Shown one piece after another: positions 8,016 through 16,511 of a stretch of 16,665 nucleotides of DNA. This DNA comes from a virus. The stretch lies in UHGV virus genome UHGV-0077406; one strand, 5' to 3'. The notes beneath the pieces are model-generated. The model was not told where the DNA came from. It was given only the letters and a program-made list of their open reading frames with translations, and did not search any database. The translations under genes were made by a program, and so were the position numbers. The stretch's first letter is position 1, and each line of letters begins with the position of its first letter.

Positions 8016-10922
8016 ATGACGCCAAGTGAACTTAGCGACCTGCTTTGGGCGCAGGTTGACAGGGTGGCTCCGCACCTGTTGCCAAACGGCAAGAAAGAGG
8101 GGCATGAGTGGGTTGCCGGTAACATCAACGGTGACAAGGGAAACAGCCTTAAGGTCAACCTTAGCGGCAAGAAAAAATGGGCTGATTTCGCCGAGGGAGA
8201 CGGCGGTGACATGCTTGATTTGTGGATGGCATGTCGTGGAATTAACCTGCATCAGGCTATGCAGGAAGCGAAAGCATTTCTCGGTATCAAGGATGACGAT
8301 CACCATTTCGATGCCAGACGTGAGAAAAAATTCTCCAGACCTGATCGCAAGAAAATCGCCCGCTACGTTACCAGAACAGAATCCCATCTTGAGTACCTGC
8401 AATCGCGTGGCATATCGCCAGAAATCGTAAAGCGCTACGAGGTTGTCAGCGGCAAGGTGTGGAATGGAGAGCGGGAACTGGATGCTCTGGTGATTCCGTA
8501 CAAACGCGATGGTGAGTTGTTGCAGGTCAAGCGAATCAGCACTGAGCGCCCGGACGGGAAGAAAGTCATTATGGCAGAAGGTGATTGCGAACCTTGCCTG
8601 TTCGGATGGCAGGCTCTGGACGCTGGCGTGAGGGCGGTTGTGCTTTGCGAAGGCGAAATTGATTGTATGAGCTATGCGCAATACGGCATCTCGGCGTTAT
8701 CCGTGCCGTTTGGTGGCGGGAAAGGCGCTAAGCAACAGTGGATTGAGTTTGAGTATCACAACCTCGACAGGTTTGAGGAAATATTCATCTCGATGGACGT
8801 TGATGATGTTGGTCGTGAAGCCGCAAGGGAAATCGCAAGCCGACTCGGTGAACATCGTTGCCGTCTTGTTACTCTGCCGTACAAAGACATCAACGAATGC
8901 CTGATGAACGGTGTTACCGAGGATGAAATCTGGCAGTACATCGGCACGGCATCCTACTTCGATCCTGAAGAACTCTACAGCGCGCGAGAGTTTTACCAGG
9001 ACACTATCAACGCTTTCTACGGCAAGCAGCAGTATCTGTTTAATCCACCGTGGGAATCTCTGGCAGATAAATTCCAGTTCCGTGAGGCAGAGTTGACGCT
9101 GGTCAATGGTGTGAACGGTCACGGAAAAGCCTGTCCACTTGATGAACCAATTCTGCTCGCTAATGGTGAATGGACTACTCACGGGGATGTAAAAATTGGC
9201 GATCAGGTGGCATCAGTAGACGGCAATCCGTCAACTGTCACCGGGATATTCCCGCAGGGTGTTAGAGATGTTTACCGAGTCACATTTGAAGATGGTCGTT
9301 ATGTTGATTGCGCAGGCGATCACCTATGGGAGGTCACTAGTCGTGGATTCACGAAAGGCGAGAAGCGCCGCGTGATAGACACCTTCGAGCTGAAACGGTT
9401 GAGTGAAACGAAGAGGCACAAAAATGGCGTCAGGATACCCGAAATAACTGGTGACTTTGGCGACCACTCAGAGCCATTAGCATGGGTTATCGGCTCCCTT
9501 CTCGGGGATGGTAGTCTTAGCAATGGGAGCGTGAAGTTTTCAAACGTCGAGCCATACATGATCGAGCGTATGAAGGCTGAACTGCCTGATTACAACTTTT
9601 CTGGAGATGGTAAGGACTGGCTGATATCAACGGCGCGTGGTCAGGTAAATCCACTCATGGAGACCCTGCGAGTTTATGGACTAATGGGGTGCACAGCAAA
9701 AAACAAATTCATCCCTCGTGTGTTTTTTTCCGCAAACAAATCAACGCGTATAGGAATGCTGTGTGGTCTGCTTGAAACGGATGGTTATGTCGAGAAGGAT
9801 GGAACGCTTGTTTTTTCCTCAGCAAGTGAAGAACTGCGTAATGGGGTTGTTCAACTGGTTAACTCACTCGGCGGTTCATGCCGGACGCGAGTTAAAACTG
9901 GCGTGACATACACATACAAGGGCGATAAGCGGCATGGGATGGATTCATATGAGGCAAGGATACGACTGACAAGGGAAATCAGGGAGGCCATCCGTTCACC
10001 ACGACTCAATGGCAGATTAACTGCGCATCGATTCGAGGGGTGTGGGGTATTCGTCAGGAATGTTGAAAAAATCGGCAATGCAGAATGCTTGTGTATCATG
10101 GTCGATCACCCTCGCCACCTGTATGTAACCAGAGGATATGTGGCAACGCATAACACCGAGGTTGTCGGGCATATGGCGCTTGAGGCAATGCGTCAGGGTG
10201 TGAAGACGTGCATCGCGTCACTTGAGCTGAAGCCTGGTATTCTCCTTAAGCGCCTTACCCGTCAGGCGACGTGCTGCAAGATGCCGCCAGTGCTGGAAAT
10301 TGACTCTGCATTTAAATTTTATGACGAAAGACTTTGGGTGTTTGGCCTGACCGGAACGGCGAAAGCCGACAGGCTGATCGAAATATTCGACTACGCTCGC
10401 CGCCGATACGGGATCCAGTTATTCATCATCGACAGCCTGATGAAATGTGGCATAGGCGACGATGACTATAACGGGCAGAAGGCGTTTGTTGACTCGATTT
10501 GCGACTTCAAAAACAAAACAAACTCCCACGTCATTCTCGTTACTCACTCGCGAAAAGGAGACAGCGAAGAAAAACCAACCGGGAAAATGGACGTAAAAGG
10601 CTCTGGAGCGATAACAGACCTGACAGACAACCTTTTCATCATCTGGCGTAACAAGGCTCGCGAGAGAGCGTTACAGAGAGTTCAGAGTGGTGAAAAGATG
10701 TCAGAGAAGGACGAACAGCTACTGGCATCTCCGGCATCTGTTTTGATGCTTGAAAAACAACGTAACGGCGAAGGTTGGGAAGGTGGTGTCCCGTTGTTCC
10801 TTGACGAGCAATCGCACCAGTTCCTGCAACTTGAATCAGGATCGCCATATAGCTACATCGCCAATATGCCGAAATCGGAATATGACGAGGCGTGGCGACA
10901 GGAAAACGTGACGGAGTATTAA
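8016..10922 (+). CDS. Bifunctional DNA primase / replicative helicase (Toprim primase plus RecA-fold helicase) interrupted by an in-frame intein
   Basis: Toprim motifs ('VVLCEGEIDCMS', 'SMDVDDVGREAA'); helicase Walker A 'LVNGVNGHGK' and Walker B-like 'QLFIIDSL'; 968 aa. A 341-aa intein sits in the P-loop. Occupies the position of lambda P. Confidence 0.85.
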   Translation: MTPSELSDLLWAQVDRVAPHLLPNGKKEGHEWVAGNINGDKGNSLKVNLSGKKKWADFAEGDGGDMLDLWMACRGINLHQAMQEAKAFLGIKDDDHHFDARREKKFSRPDRKKIARYVTRTESHLEYLQSRGISPEIVKRYEVVSGKVWNGERELDALVIPYKRDGELLQVKRISTERPDGKKVIMAEGDCEPCLFGWQALDAGVRAVVLCEGEIDCMSYAQYGISALSVPFGGGKGAKQQWIEFEYHNLDRFEEIFISMDVDDVGREAAREIASRLGEHRCRLVTLPYKDINECLMNGVTEDEIWQYIGTASYFDPEELYSAREFYQDTINAFYGKQQYLFNPPWESLADKFQFREAELTLVNGVNGHGKACPLDEPILLANGEWTTHGDVKIGDQVASVDGNPSTVTGIFPQGVRDVYRVTFEDGRYVDCAGDHLWEVTSRGFTKGEKRRVIDTFELKRLSETKRHKNGVRIPEITGDFGDHSEPLAWVIGSLLGDGSLSNGSVKFSNVEPYMIERMKAELPDYNFSGDGKDWLISTARGQVNPLMETLRVYGLMGCTAKNKFIPRVFFSANKSTRIGMLCGLLETDGYVEKDGTLVFSSASEELRNGVVQLVNSLGGSCRTRVKTGVTYTYKGDKRHGMDSYEARIRLTREIREAIRSPRLNGRLTAHRFEGCGVFVRNVEKIGNAECLCIMVDHPRHLYVTRGYVATHNTEVVGHMALEAMRQGVKTCIASLELKPGILLKRLTRQATCCKMPPVLEIDSAFKFYDERLWVFGLTGTAKADRLIEIFDYARRRYGIQLFIIDSLMKCGIGDDDYNGQKAFVDSICDFKNKTNSHVILVTHSRKGDSEEKPTGKMDVKGSGAITDLTDNLFIIWRNKARERALQRVQSGEKMSEKDEQLLASPASVLMLEKQRNGEGWEGGVPLFLDEQSHQFLQLESGSPYSYIANMPKSEYDEAWRQENVTEY
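9132..10154 (+). mobile_element. Intein with double-motif LAGLIDADG homing endonuclease, inserted in the helicase Walker A loop
   Basis: Begins with Cys ('CPLDEPILLANG'), ends 'VATHN' followed by Thr (+1 nucleophile); two LAGLIDADG blocks ('LAWVIGSLLGDGSL', 'IGMLCGLLETDGYV'); 1023 nt in frame. The N-terminal boundary could be one codon earlier (Ala at 9129), which would restore a canonical GHGKT. Confidence 0.75.
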
Positions 10923-11004
10923 ATGACAATCTACATCACTGAGCTAATAGCAGGGTTATCGTTACTAATGGTTCTTACTGTATATATTATTAAGTATATT
11001 CTTT

Positions 11005-11616
11005 ATGCGAATAAAAAAACCAATTGATCACGATGAGCTTCTGTCAACATTATCATATGACTCAGAAACAGGAATATTTAAATGGCTAAAAACAAATTCA
11101 GTAGTAAGAGTAAAAGGTAGTATTGCTGGAGGTGTTAGTGGTGGTTATATATGCATTAGCATAAATAATGTTTTGTATTATGCGCATAGGCTTGCTTGGT
11201 TCTATGTATACAAAAAATGGCCTCCTAAGTTTATTGATCATGTAAATGGGAACAGACTTGACAATAGGATTTCAAATCTAAGACTGGCAACAGAGGAGCA
11301 GAATGCAAGAAACATTGTAGGTAATAGGTTAAACACATCCGGTGCGATTGGAGTGTCTTGGGATAAGACAACTGGCAGGTGGAAGTCTTATGTTGGTTAT
11401 AAAAATAAGACAATATCGTTAGGGTATTTCGATAGCAAAGAAGATGCAGCATTCATAGCAGCACTAGCAAGAAAGAAACTATATGGAACTTATGCGAGTA
11501 AAGCACTTAATTGCGAGCATGAGCTTTTATCTCAATTTAATAATGATGAGGATAAACTTGCGGAATATCTTAAGGAAAAATCTAAAAGGACTCGAAAGCG
11601 TGTTAAAAAAAGATAA
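11005..11616 (+). CDS. HNH homing endonuclease with C-terminal AP2-type DNA-binding domain
   Basis: HNH core 'YYAHRLAWF...IDHVNGNRLDNRISNLRLATEEQNARN' and AP2-like 'GVSWDKTTGRWKSYVGYKNKTISLGYFDSKEDAAFI'; markedly AT-rich relative to flanks; no obvious SD sequence. Confidence 0.8.
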   Translation: MRIKKPIDHDELLSTLSYDSETGIFKWLKTNSVVRVKGSIAGGVSGGYICISINNVLYYAHRLAWFYVYKKWPPKFIDHVNGNRLDNRISNLRLATEEQNARNIVGNRLNTSGAIGVSWDKTTGRWKSYVGYKNKTISLGYFDSKEDAAFIAALARKKLYGTYASKALNCEHELLSQFNNDEDKLAEYLKEKSKRTRKRVKKR

Positions 11617-11648
11617 AGGCCTGCTGGTAATCGCAGGCCTTTTTATTT
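11617..11648 (+). terminator. Rho-independent terminator after the HNH endonuclease gene
   Basis: Stem AGGCCTGC/GCAGGCCT (8 bp, 8-nt loop) followed by TTTTATTT immediately after the stop codon. Confidence 0.7.
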
Positions 11649-11663
11649 GGGGGAGGGTAAATT

Positions 11664-11870
11664 GTGGCTGAGTTAATTTTCTCTGCATTGAGGATTCTCG
11701 GTGCTATGTGGATGGTGGCGACGTTCATTGTTGTTGCCAGCAGTTTTGTCCGGTTGGTAGGCGAAGGTAAAGACCTGGTGGGTGTGCTTTTCGGTAGCAT
11801 TTTCCTGTGGGTGATTATCGGTGTTATGCCTGTCGCTGTAGCAAAAATGGCGTGGCGTTTTGTGAGTTGA
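11664..11870 (+). CDS. Small membrane protein (68 aa, two predicted TM helices)
   Basis: GTG start with GGGAGGG RBS; hydrophobic segments 'MWMVATFIVVASSF' and 'LFGSIFLWVIIGVMPVAV'. Confidence 0.45.
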   Translation: MAELIFSALRILGAMWMVATFIVVASSFVRLVGEGKDLVGVLFGSIFLWVIIGVMPVAVAKMAWRFVS

Positions 11871-11887
11871 ACTGAGGGTAAGTATCG

Positions 11888-12166
11888 ATGGACGAATCAA
11901 GAAAGCAGTTTGAAGAATGGTGGTCAAAAGACAAAAGCCAGTTTACAGAAGACGATGAATTAAAAGAGTTTGCCTGGGTGATATGGCAGGCATCACGAGC
12001 AGCTATTGAACTGGATATCGACTGGCCCGAATCGAATGACGACTTTTGGAAAGATGGTGAAGAAGGTGCTTATGCGATGGGTTATGAGGATGGGCGTGAC
12101 AAAACGGTAATTGCAGTAATGAAAGCCATCAGGGCCGCAGGAATCAAAGAAAAGAATTTCGATTAA
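11888..12166 (+). CDS. Hypothetical acidic protein (92 aa), nin-region
   Basis: ORF with GAGGG RBS; Trp- and acidic-rich; no recognisable motif. Confidence 0.5.
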   Translation: MDESRKQFEEWWSKDKSQFTEDDELKEFAWVIWQASRAAIELDIDWPESNDDFWKDGEEGAYAMGYEDGRDKTVIAVMKAIRAAGIKEKNFD

Positions 12167-12298
12167 GCAAATATCACTTCAATAAATCGCTTTTAAGGTA
12201 TCACAATCGCTCTGTAGTGAGGTAAAAGCGTGCAAGGTACGCCAATAAGCAGCGAGAATGAAAAATGCGTCAGAATGCGTTTGAGGAGGTTTTAAGAA

Positions 12299-12526
12299 AT
12301 GAGTACGATAGCTGAGCTTGTCCGCGCCGACTTTCAGGAGAACATTGGCCGTGCAAAGCGGTACTGGTCTGCTTCCAGACTTCCTACTGACGAGAGACAG
12401 AAAAGCGCCCCTAAGCCACGGAGCTATCCGCGTGACCGTGTTCTTCGTCGGTTGGTTAAAATCGATAATGATTTTCAGTGTGACAGAATTATCCAGCAAT
12501 TAGATTTGATGACTGATGATGAATGA
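12299..12526 (+). CDS. Hypothetical protein (75 aa), nin-region
   Basis: ORF with GAGGAGG RBS; basic central region; no recognisable motif. Confidence 0.45.
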   Translation: MSTIAELVRADFQENIGRAKRYWSASRLPTDERQKSAPKPRSYPRDRVLRRLVKIDNDFQCDRIIQQLDLMTDDE

Positions 12527-12941
12527 TTTCATTCTGCACGAAACCAATAAATCACAATTCTGGTTAGTTCTGAAACAAATCCTTTCTACCGGCAAGCGCT
12601 GGCGAATCAAAATATCTGAGTACCGTGAGAAGCGTACATTGTCACAAAACAATCTGATGTGGGTGTGGAATGCAGAAATAGCCGCGCAATTATCCGCTGT
12701 TTCTGGTGAAAGTTTTACACCGGAAGAGGTTCATGAGTGGCTGAAAGATATATATTGTCCGGCAAAAAGGGTGACGATTTTTAATATTACACGATGCGTT
12801 AAATCAACACGGCAGCTTGATATTGGAGATATGCACAAGTATCTGACCGATATTGACCAGTGGGCGCATCAGAAGGGATTACGACTAACTATTCCTGATA
12901 ATTGCGAGTACCGGGATCTAAAGGAGAGGCAAGTAGAGTGA
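12516..12941 (+). CDS. ninB: NinB-like recombination protein
   Basis: Contains the 'RTLSQNNLMWVW' motif comparable to lambda NinB 'RSLDQNRKLWAC'; similar size; position in the nin region. Confidence 0.55.
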   Translation: MMNDFILHETNKSQFWLVLKQILSTGKRWRIKISEYREKRTLSQNNLMWVWNAEIAAQLSAVSGESFTPEEVHEWLKDIYCPAKRVTIFNITRCVKSTRQLDIGDMHKYLTDIDQWAHQKGLRLTIPDNCEYRDLKERQVE

Positions 12942-13465
12942 CAATTAAATCAAATACGCCAGCACACGACAAGGACTGCTGGCAAACGCCGCTTTGGCTT
13001 TTTGATGCACTGGATATTGAGTTTGGATTCTGGCTGGATTCGGCAGCGAGCGACAAAAATGCTCTGTGTGCTCACTGGCTAACTGAGGCCGACGACGCGC
13101 TCAATTCTGAGTGGATAAGCCACGGTGCAATCTGGAATAACCCACCGTACAGCAATATCAGGCCGTGGGTGGAAAAAGCCGCTGAGCAGTGCATACAACA
13201 GCGACAGACGGTAGTTATGCTTGTGCCAGAGGATATGTCAGTCGGATGGTTCAGCAAGGCTCTGGAGAGTGTCGACGAAGTTCGCATTATCACTGATGGA
13301 CGGATTAATTTTATCGAACCATCGACAGGGCTGGAGAAGAAGGGAAACAGCAAAGGCTCCATGCTGCTGATTTGGCGACCGTTCATCAGTCCTCGACGGA
13401 TGTTTACTACCGTATCCAAAGCGGCATTGATGGCAATCGGGCAGGGCGTCAGGAGGGCGGCATGA
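12938..13465 (+). CDS. Phage DNA N6-adenine methyltransferase (Dam family, NPPY motif)
   Basis: '[28 protein letters not shown]' and 'IWNNPPYS' match the phage Dam family; GTG start at 12938 overlaps the NinB stop (GTGA). The 187-aa track ORF beginning at 12902 is an upstream in-frame extension. Confidence 0.75.
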   Translation: MTIKSNTPAHDKDCWQTPLWLFDALDIEFGFWLDSAASDKNALCAHWLTEADDALNSEWISHGAIWNNPPYSNIRPWVEKAAEQCIQQRQTVVMLVPEDMSVGWFSKALESVDEVRIITDGRINFIEPSTGLEKKGNSKGSMLLIWRPFISPRRMFTTVSKAALMAIGQGVRRAA

Positions 13466-13638
13466 GGCGACAGCGACGAAGTTTCACCGACATCATCTGC
13501 GAAAACTGCAAATACCTTCCAACGAAACGCTCCAGAAATAAACGCAAGCCAATCCCAAAAGAATCTGACGTAAAAACCTTCAACTACACGGCTCACCTGT
13601 GGGATATCCGGTGGCTAAGACATCGTGCGAGGAAATGA
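13462..13638 (+). CDS. ninE: NinE-like protein
   Basis: Internal ATG at 13462 with AGGAGGG RBS, overlapping the Dam stop (ATGA); product '[58 protein letters not shown]' resembles lambda NinE as I recall it. Confidence 0.6.
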   Translation: MRRQRRSFTDIICENCKYLPTKRSRNKRKPIPKESDVKTFNYTAHLWDIRWLRHRARK

Positions 13639-14042
13639 CAATGCTTTTAATTCAACCTGGATTTGGCCTTAGCATCAAAAAAGGGCACATGTTTGGCGAG
13701 AAAGAGTCTCAACGAAAAATGGTGTCTATCCAGTTGCCATTTATCAGTATTTATTGGCTAAACAGGGAGGCAACAAATTATTGGTATACATGCGCCAGAG
13801 CAGCATTTAACGACCCTGACTGGTTTGTGGAAAACCACCACGCAGTTCGTCAGGCAAAGAGAAAGGCCAACATGACATACATGAAGGCGTATCAAAAAGC
13901 ATGGAAAGAACACCGCGATCGATACCAGCAAGACATGGAAAAGCTTGAATCAGAAAACATGGAATTAAGACGAAAGCTTGGTGAAGCAAAACGAGACATT
14001 GATGCTTACAAGCGACTTTTTAATGGTGAAAGCCATGCTTAG
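13635..14042 (+). CDS. Hypothetical nin-region protein (start uncertain: 13635 or 13641)
   Basis: ORF with coiled-coil-like C-terminus ('[31 protein letters not shown]'); the 13599 start of the track ORF overlaps ninE heavily and is less likely. Confidence 0.45.
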   Translation: MTMLLIQPGFGLSIKKGHMFGEKESQRKMVSIQLPFISIYWLNREATNYWYTCARAAFNDPDWFVENHHAVRQAKRKANMTYMKAYQKAWKEHRDRYQQDMEKLESENMELRRKLGEAKRDIDAYKRLFNGESHA

Positions 14043-14211
14043 CCCATCCCAATCCCTTCAATACCAGAAAGAAAGCGTCGAGCGAGCTTTAACGTGCGCT
14101 AACTGCGGTCAGAAGCTGCATGTGCTGGAAGTTCACGTGTGTGAGCTCTGCTGTGCAGAACTGATGAGCGATCCGAATAGCTCAATGTACGAGGAAGAAG
14201 ACGATGGCTAA
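14035..14211 (+). CDS. ninF: NinF-like protein (Cys-rich)
   Basis: Internal ATG at 14035; product '[58 protein letters not shown]' resembles lambda NinF as I recall it. Confidence 0.6.
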   Translation: MLSPSQSLQYQKESVERALTCANCGQKLHVLEVHVCELCCAELMSDPNSSMYEEEDDG

Positions 14212-14815
14212 ACCAGCGCGAAGACGATGTAAAAACGATGAATGTCGGGAATGGTTTCACCCTGCATTCGCCAATCAGTGGTGGTGCTCTCCAGAGTGTG
14301 GAACCAAGATAGCACTCGAACGACGAAGCAAAGAACGCGAAAAAGCGGAAAAGGAAGTAGAGAAGAAACGACGACGAGAGGAGCAGAAACAGAAAGATAA
14401 ACTTAAGATTCGAAAACTCGCCTTAAAGCCCCGCAGTTACTGGATTAAACAAGCCCAACAAGCCGTAAACGCCTTCATCAGAGAAAGAGACCGCGACTTA
14501 CCATGTATCTCGTGCGGAACGCTCACGTCTGCTCAGTGGGATGCCGGGCATTACCGGACAACTGCTGCGGCACCTCAACTCCGATTTGATGAACGCAATA
14601 TTCACAAGCAATGCGTGGTGTGCAACCAGCATAAAAGCGGAAATCTCGTTCCGTATCGCGTCGAACTGATTAACCGGATCGGGCAGGAAGCAGTAGACGA
14701 AATCGAATCAAACCATAACCGCCATCGCTGGACTGTCGAAGAGTGCAAGGCGATCAAGGCAGAGTACCAACAGAAACTCAAAGACCTGCGAAATAGCAGA
14801 AGTGAGGCCGCATGA
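14204..14815 (+). CDS. ninG: NinG (Rap) recombination endonuclease
   Basis: Cys-rich N-terminus '[25 protein letters not shown]' and C-terminal 'CISCG...[14 protein letters not shown]' typical of NinG/Rap; overlaps neighbours by ATGA. Confidence 0.8.
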   Translation: MAKPARRRCKNDECREWFHPAFANQWWCSPECGTKIALERRSKEREKAEKEVEKKRRREEQKQKDKLKIRKLALKPRSYWIKQAQQAVNAFIRERDRDLPCISCGTLTSAQWDAGHYRTTAAAPQLRFDERNIHKQCVVCNQHKSGNLVPYRVELINRIGQEAVDEIESNHNRHRWTVEECKAIKAEYQQKLKDLRNSRSEAA

Positions 14816-15018
14816 CGTTCTCAGTAAAAACCATTCCAGACATGCTCGTTGAAGCATACGGAAACCAGACAGAAGTAGCACGCAGACTGAAATGTAGTCG
14901 CGTTACGGTCAGAAAATACGTTGATGATAAAGACGGGAAAATGCACGCCATCGTCAACGACGTTCTCATGGTTCATCGCGGATGGAGTGAAAGAGATGCG
15001 CTATTACGAAAGAATTGA
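14812..15018 (+). CDS. ninH: NinH-like protein
   Basis: 68-aa ORF whose start overlaps the ninG stop; position and size as lambda NinH. Confidence 0.65.
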   Translation: MTFSVKTIPDMLVEAYGNQTEVARRLKCSRVTVRKYVDDKDGKMHAIVNDVLMVHRGWSERDALLRKN

Positions 15019-15667
15019 TGGCAGCAAATACCGAAATATTTGGGTAGTTGGCGATCTGCACGGATGCTACACGAACCTGATGAAAAAACTGGAGACGATA
15101 GGATTCGACACCAAAAAAGACCTGCTTATCTCGGTTGGCGATTTGGTCGATCGCGGTACAGAGAACGTCGAATGCCTGGAATTAATCACATTCCCCTGGT
15201 TCAGAGCTGTACGTGGAAACCATGAGCAAATGATGATTGATGGCTTATCAGAGCGCGGAAACGTCAATCACTGGATGCTTAATGGCGGTGGCTGGTTCTT
15301 TAATCTCGATTACGACAAAGAAATTCTGGCTAAAGCTCTTGCCCATAAAGCAGATGAACTTCCGTTAATCATCGAACTGGTGAGCAAAGATAAAAAATAT
15401 GTCATCTGCCACGCCGATTATCCTTGTGACGAATACGAGTTTGGAAAGCCAGTTGATCATCAGCAGGTAATCTGGAACCGAGAACGAATCAGCAACTCAC
15501 AAGACGGGATCGTGAAAGAAATTAAAGGCGCGGACACGTTCATCTTTGGTCATACGCCAGCAGTGAAACCGCTCAAATTTGCCAACCAGATGTATATCGA
15601 TACCGGCGCAGTGTTCTGCGGAAAGCTCACATTGATTCAGGTACAGGGAGAAGGCGCGTGGGCATAA
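14996..15667 (+). CDS. Ser/Thr protein phosphatase (lambda PPase / NinI)
   Basis: Internal ATG at 14996 with GGAGTGA RBS; metallophosphatase motifs 'GDLHG', 'GDLVDRG', 'GNHE'; near-identical to the lambda phosphatase over the stretch I can recall. Confidence 0.85.
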   Translation: MRYYERIDGSKYRNIWVVGDLHGCYTNLMKKLETIGFDTKKDLLISVGDLVDRGTENVECLELITFPWFRAVRGNHEQMMIDGLSERGNVNHWMLNGGGWFFNLDYDKEILAKALAHKADELPLIIELVSKDKKYVICHADYPCDEYEFGKPVDHQQVIWNRERISNSQDGIVKEIKGADTFIFGHTPAVKPLKFANQMYIDTGAVFCGKLTLIQVQGEGAWA

Positions 15668-16176
15668 GAGAACTAAACCTCACCAAAGAACAGCATGAGT
15701 GGCTGAATGGCTGGCTTGAACTGTGGGGCGCATGGGTTTATTCAGGTCGTCTGGAAAAGCGCATGAGCAGCGTAATAGCGAAGTTCATGGAGAGCGTAGA
15801 GCCGGGAAGAGTTATGACAAGGCCAATGTGTAATGATGATGATGGAATGTTGATTTCTCAGGTCGTCGATTCCGTCATGTACATTGACAAGAAAGCCTTT
15901 GGCATCCTCCTCAGCTACTACGCTCATGGTTCATCTAAGCGAGCAATTGCATCCTACTATCACGCGACTGCAAAGCCACGCAAGATGTGTGGACGTGGTG
16001 GCGAGGGATGGAGAAAACCTTCAATGGCAACCTGTAGAAACGAAATTGACGACATCCTGAAAGCGTCGTTATTTGTTTTGTACCAGCCAATGCAAAATGC
16101 TTTCAAAATGCGTAAACGTGTTGAGAAAGTTAAGCATGTTGCTGTTAAAAGCCTTGACATGCAATTATCTATTTAG
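15658..16176 (+). CDS. Q: Late-gene antiterminator Q (non-lambda Q family)
   Basis: GTG start with GGAGAAGG RBS; motifs '[12 protein letters not shown]' and '[17 protein letters not shown]' match the WGAW...C.DDD pattern of Q proteins of the phage 21/82/933W type; last gene before the late region. Confidence 0.65.
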   Translation: MGIRELNLTKEQHEWLNGWLELWGAWVYSGRLEKRMSSVIAKFMESVEPGRVMTRPMCNDDDGMLISQVVDSVMYIDKKAFGILLSYYAHGSSKRAIASYYHATAKPRKMCGRGGEGWRKPSMATCRNEIDDILKASLFVLYQPMQNAFKMRKRVEKVKHVAVKSLDMQLSI

Positions 16177-16239
16177 CCATAATTAGAAGGTAAGCTGCCG
16201 TTAGTGACTCTTAAGTTGCAACGGTGGCTTTTTTTATTT

Positions 16240-16314
16240 GGGTCAGTCGTATAAAGGTCATTACGGAAGGCTGTTAACCTTCTTATCGTGGTTCGAGTCC
16301 ACGCTGTCCCGCCA
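16240..16314 (+). tRNA. tRNA with anticodon GUU (Asn-type), divergent phage-type
   Basis: Hand-folded cloverleaf: acceptor GGGTCAG/CTGTCCC (one mismatch), anticodon stem GAAGG/CCTTC with loop CTGTTAA, T-arm CGTGG-TTCGAGT-CCACG, 3' GCCA. D-stem has one mismatch. Confidence 0.5.
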
Positions 16315-16319
16315 AACAT

Positions 16320-16395
16320 GCTGGTTTAGCTCCAATGGTAGAGCAGTCGCCTTGTAAGCGAATGGGTAGCGGTTCAAGTCCGTTAACCAGCACCA
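16320..16395 (+). tRNA. tRNA with anticodon UGU (Thr-type)
   Basis: Hand-folded cloverleaf: perfect 7-bp acceptor GCTGGTT/AACCAGC, D-arm GCTC-CAATGGTA-GAGC, anticodon loop CTTGTAA, T-arm AGCGG-TTCAAGT-CCGTT, discriminator A plus CCA. Confidence 0.6.
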
Positions 16396-16511
16396 TAACT
16401 GAGCCGTAGCCACTGGCTATCCTGAACTCATCAGTGATAGTTACGCTGCGGCCTTCTTTCCCCCTTCCCAATATAAGAACTACGCAATCCGTTACTGGCG
16501 GAGGCGTTGCT

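Noticed and set aside
7947-8681. 244-aa ORF on the minus strand
   Set aside because: Lies entirely antisense to the strongly supported primase-helicase gene, has no RBS and no recognisable motif; likely a chance open frame.
8697-9182. 161-aa ORF on the minus strand inside the helicase gene
   Set aside because: Antisense to the primase-helicase coding sequence; no RBS or motif.
13072-13596. 174-aa ORF on the minus strand
   Set aside because: Antisense to the Dam methyltransferase and NinE genes in a tightly packed, translationally coupled plus-strand operon; no supporting signals.
16396-16511. Toxin or moron cargo (e.g. Shiga toxin) downstream of the tRNAs
   Set aside because: Only about 115 bp of noncoding sequence separates the second tRNA from the holin start; no ORF fits.
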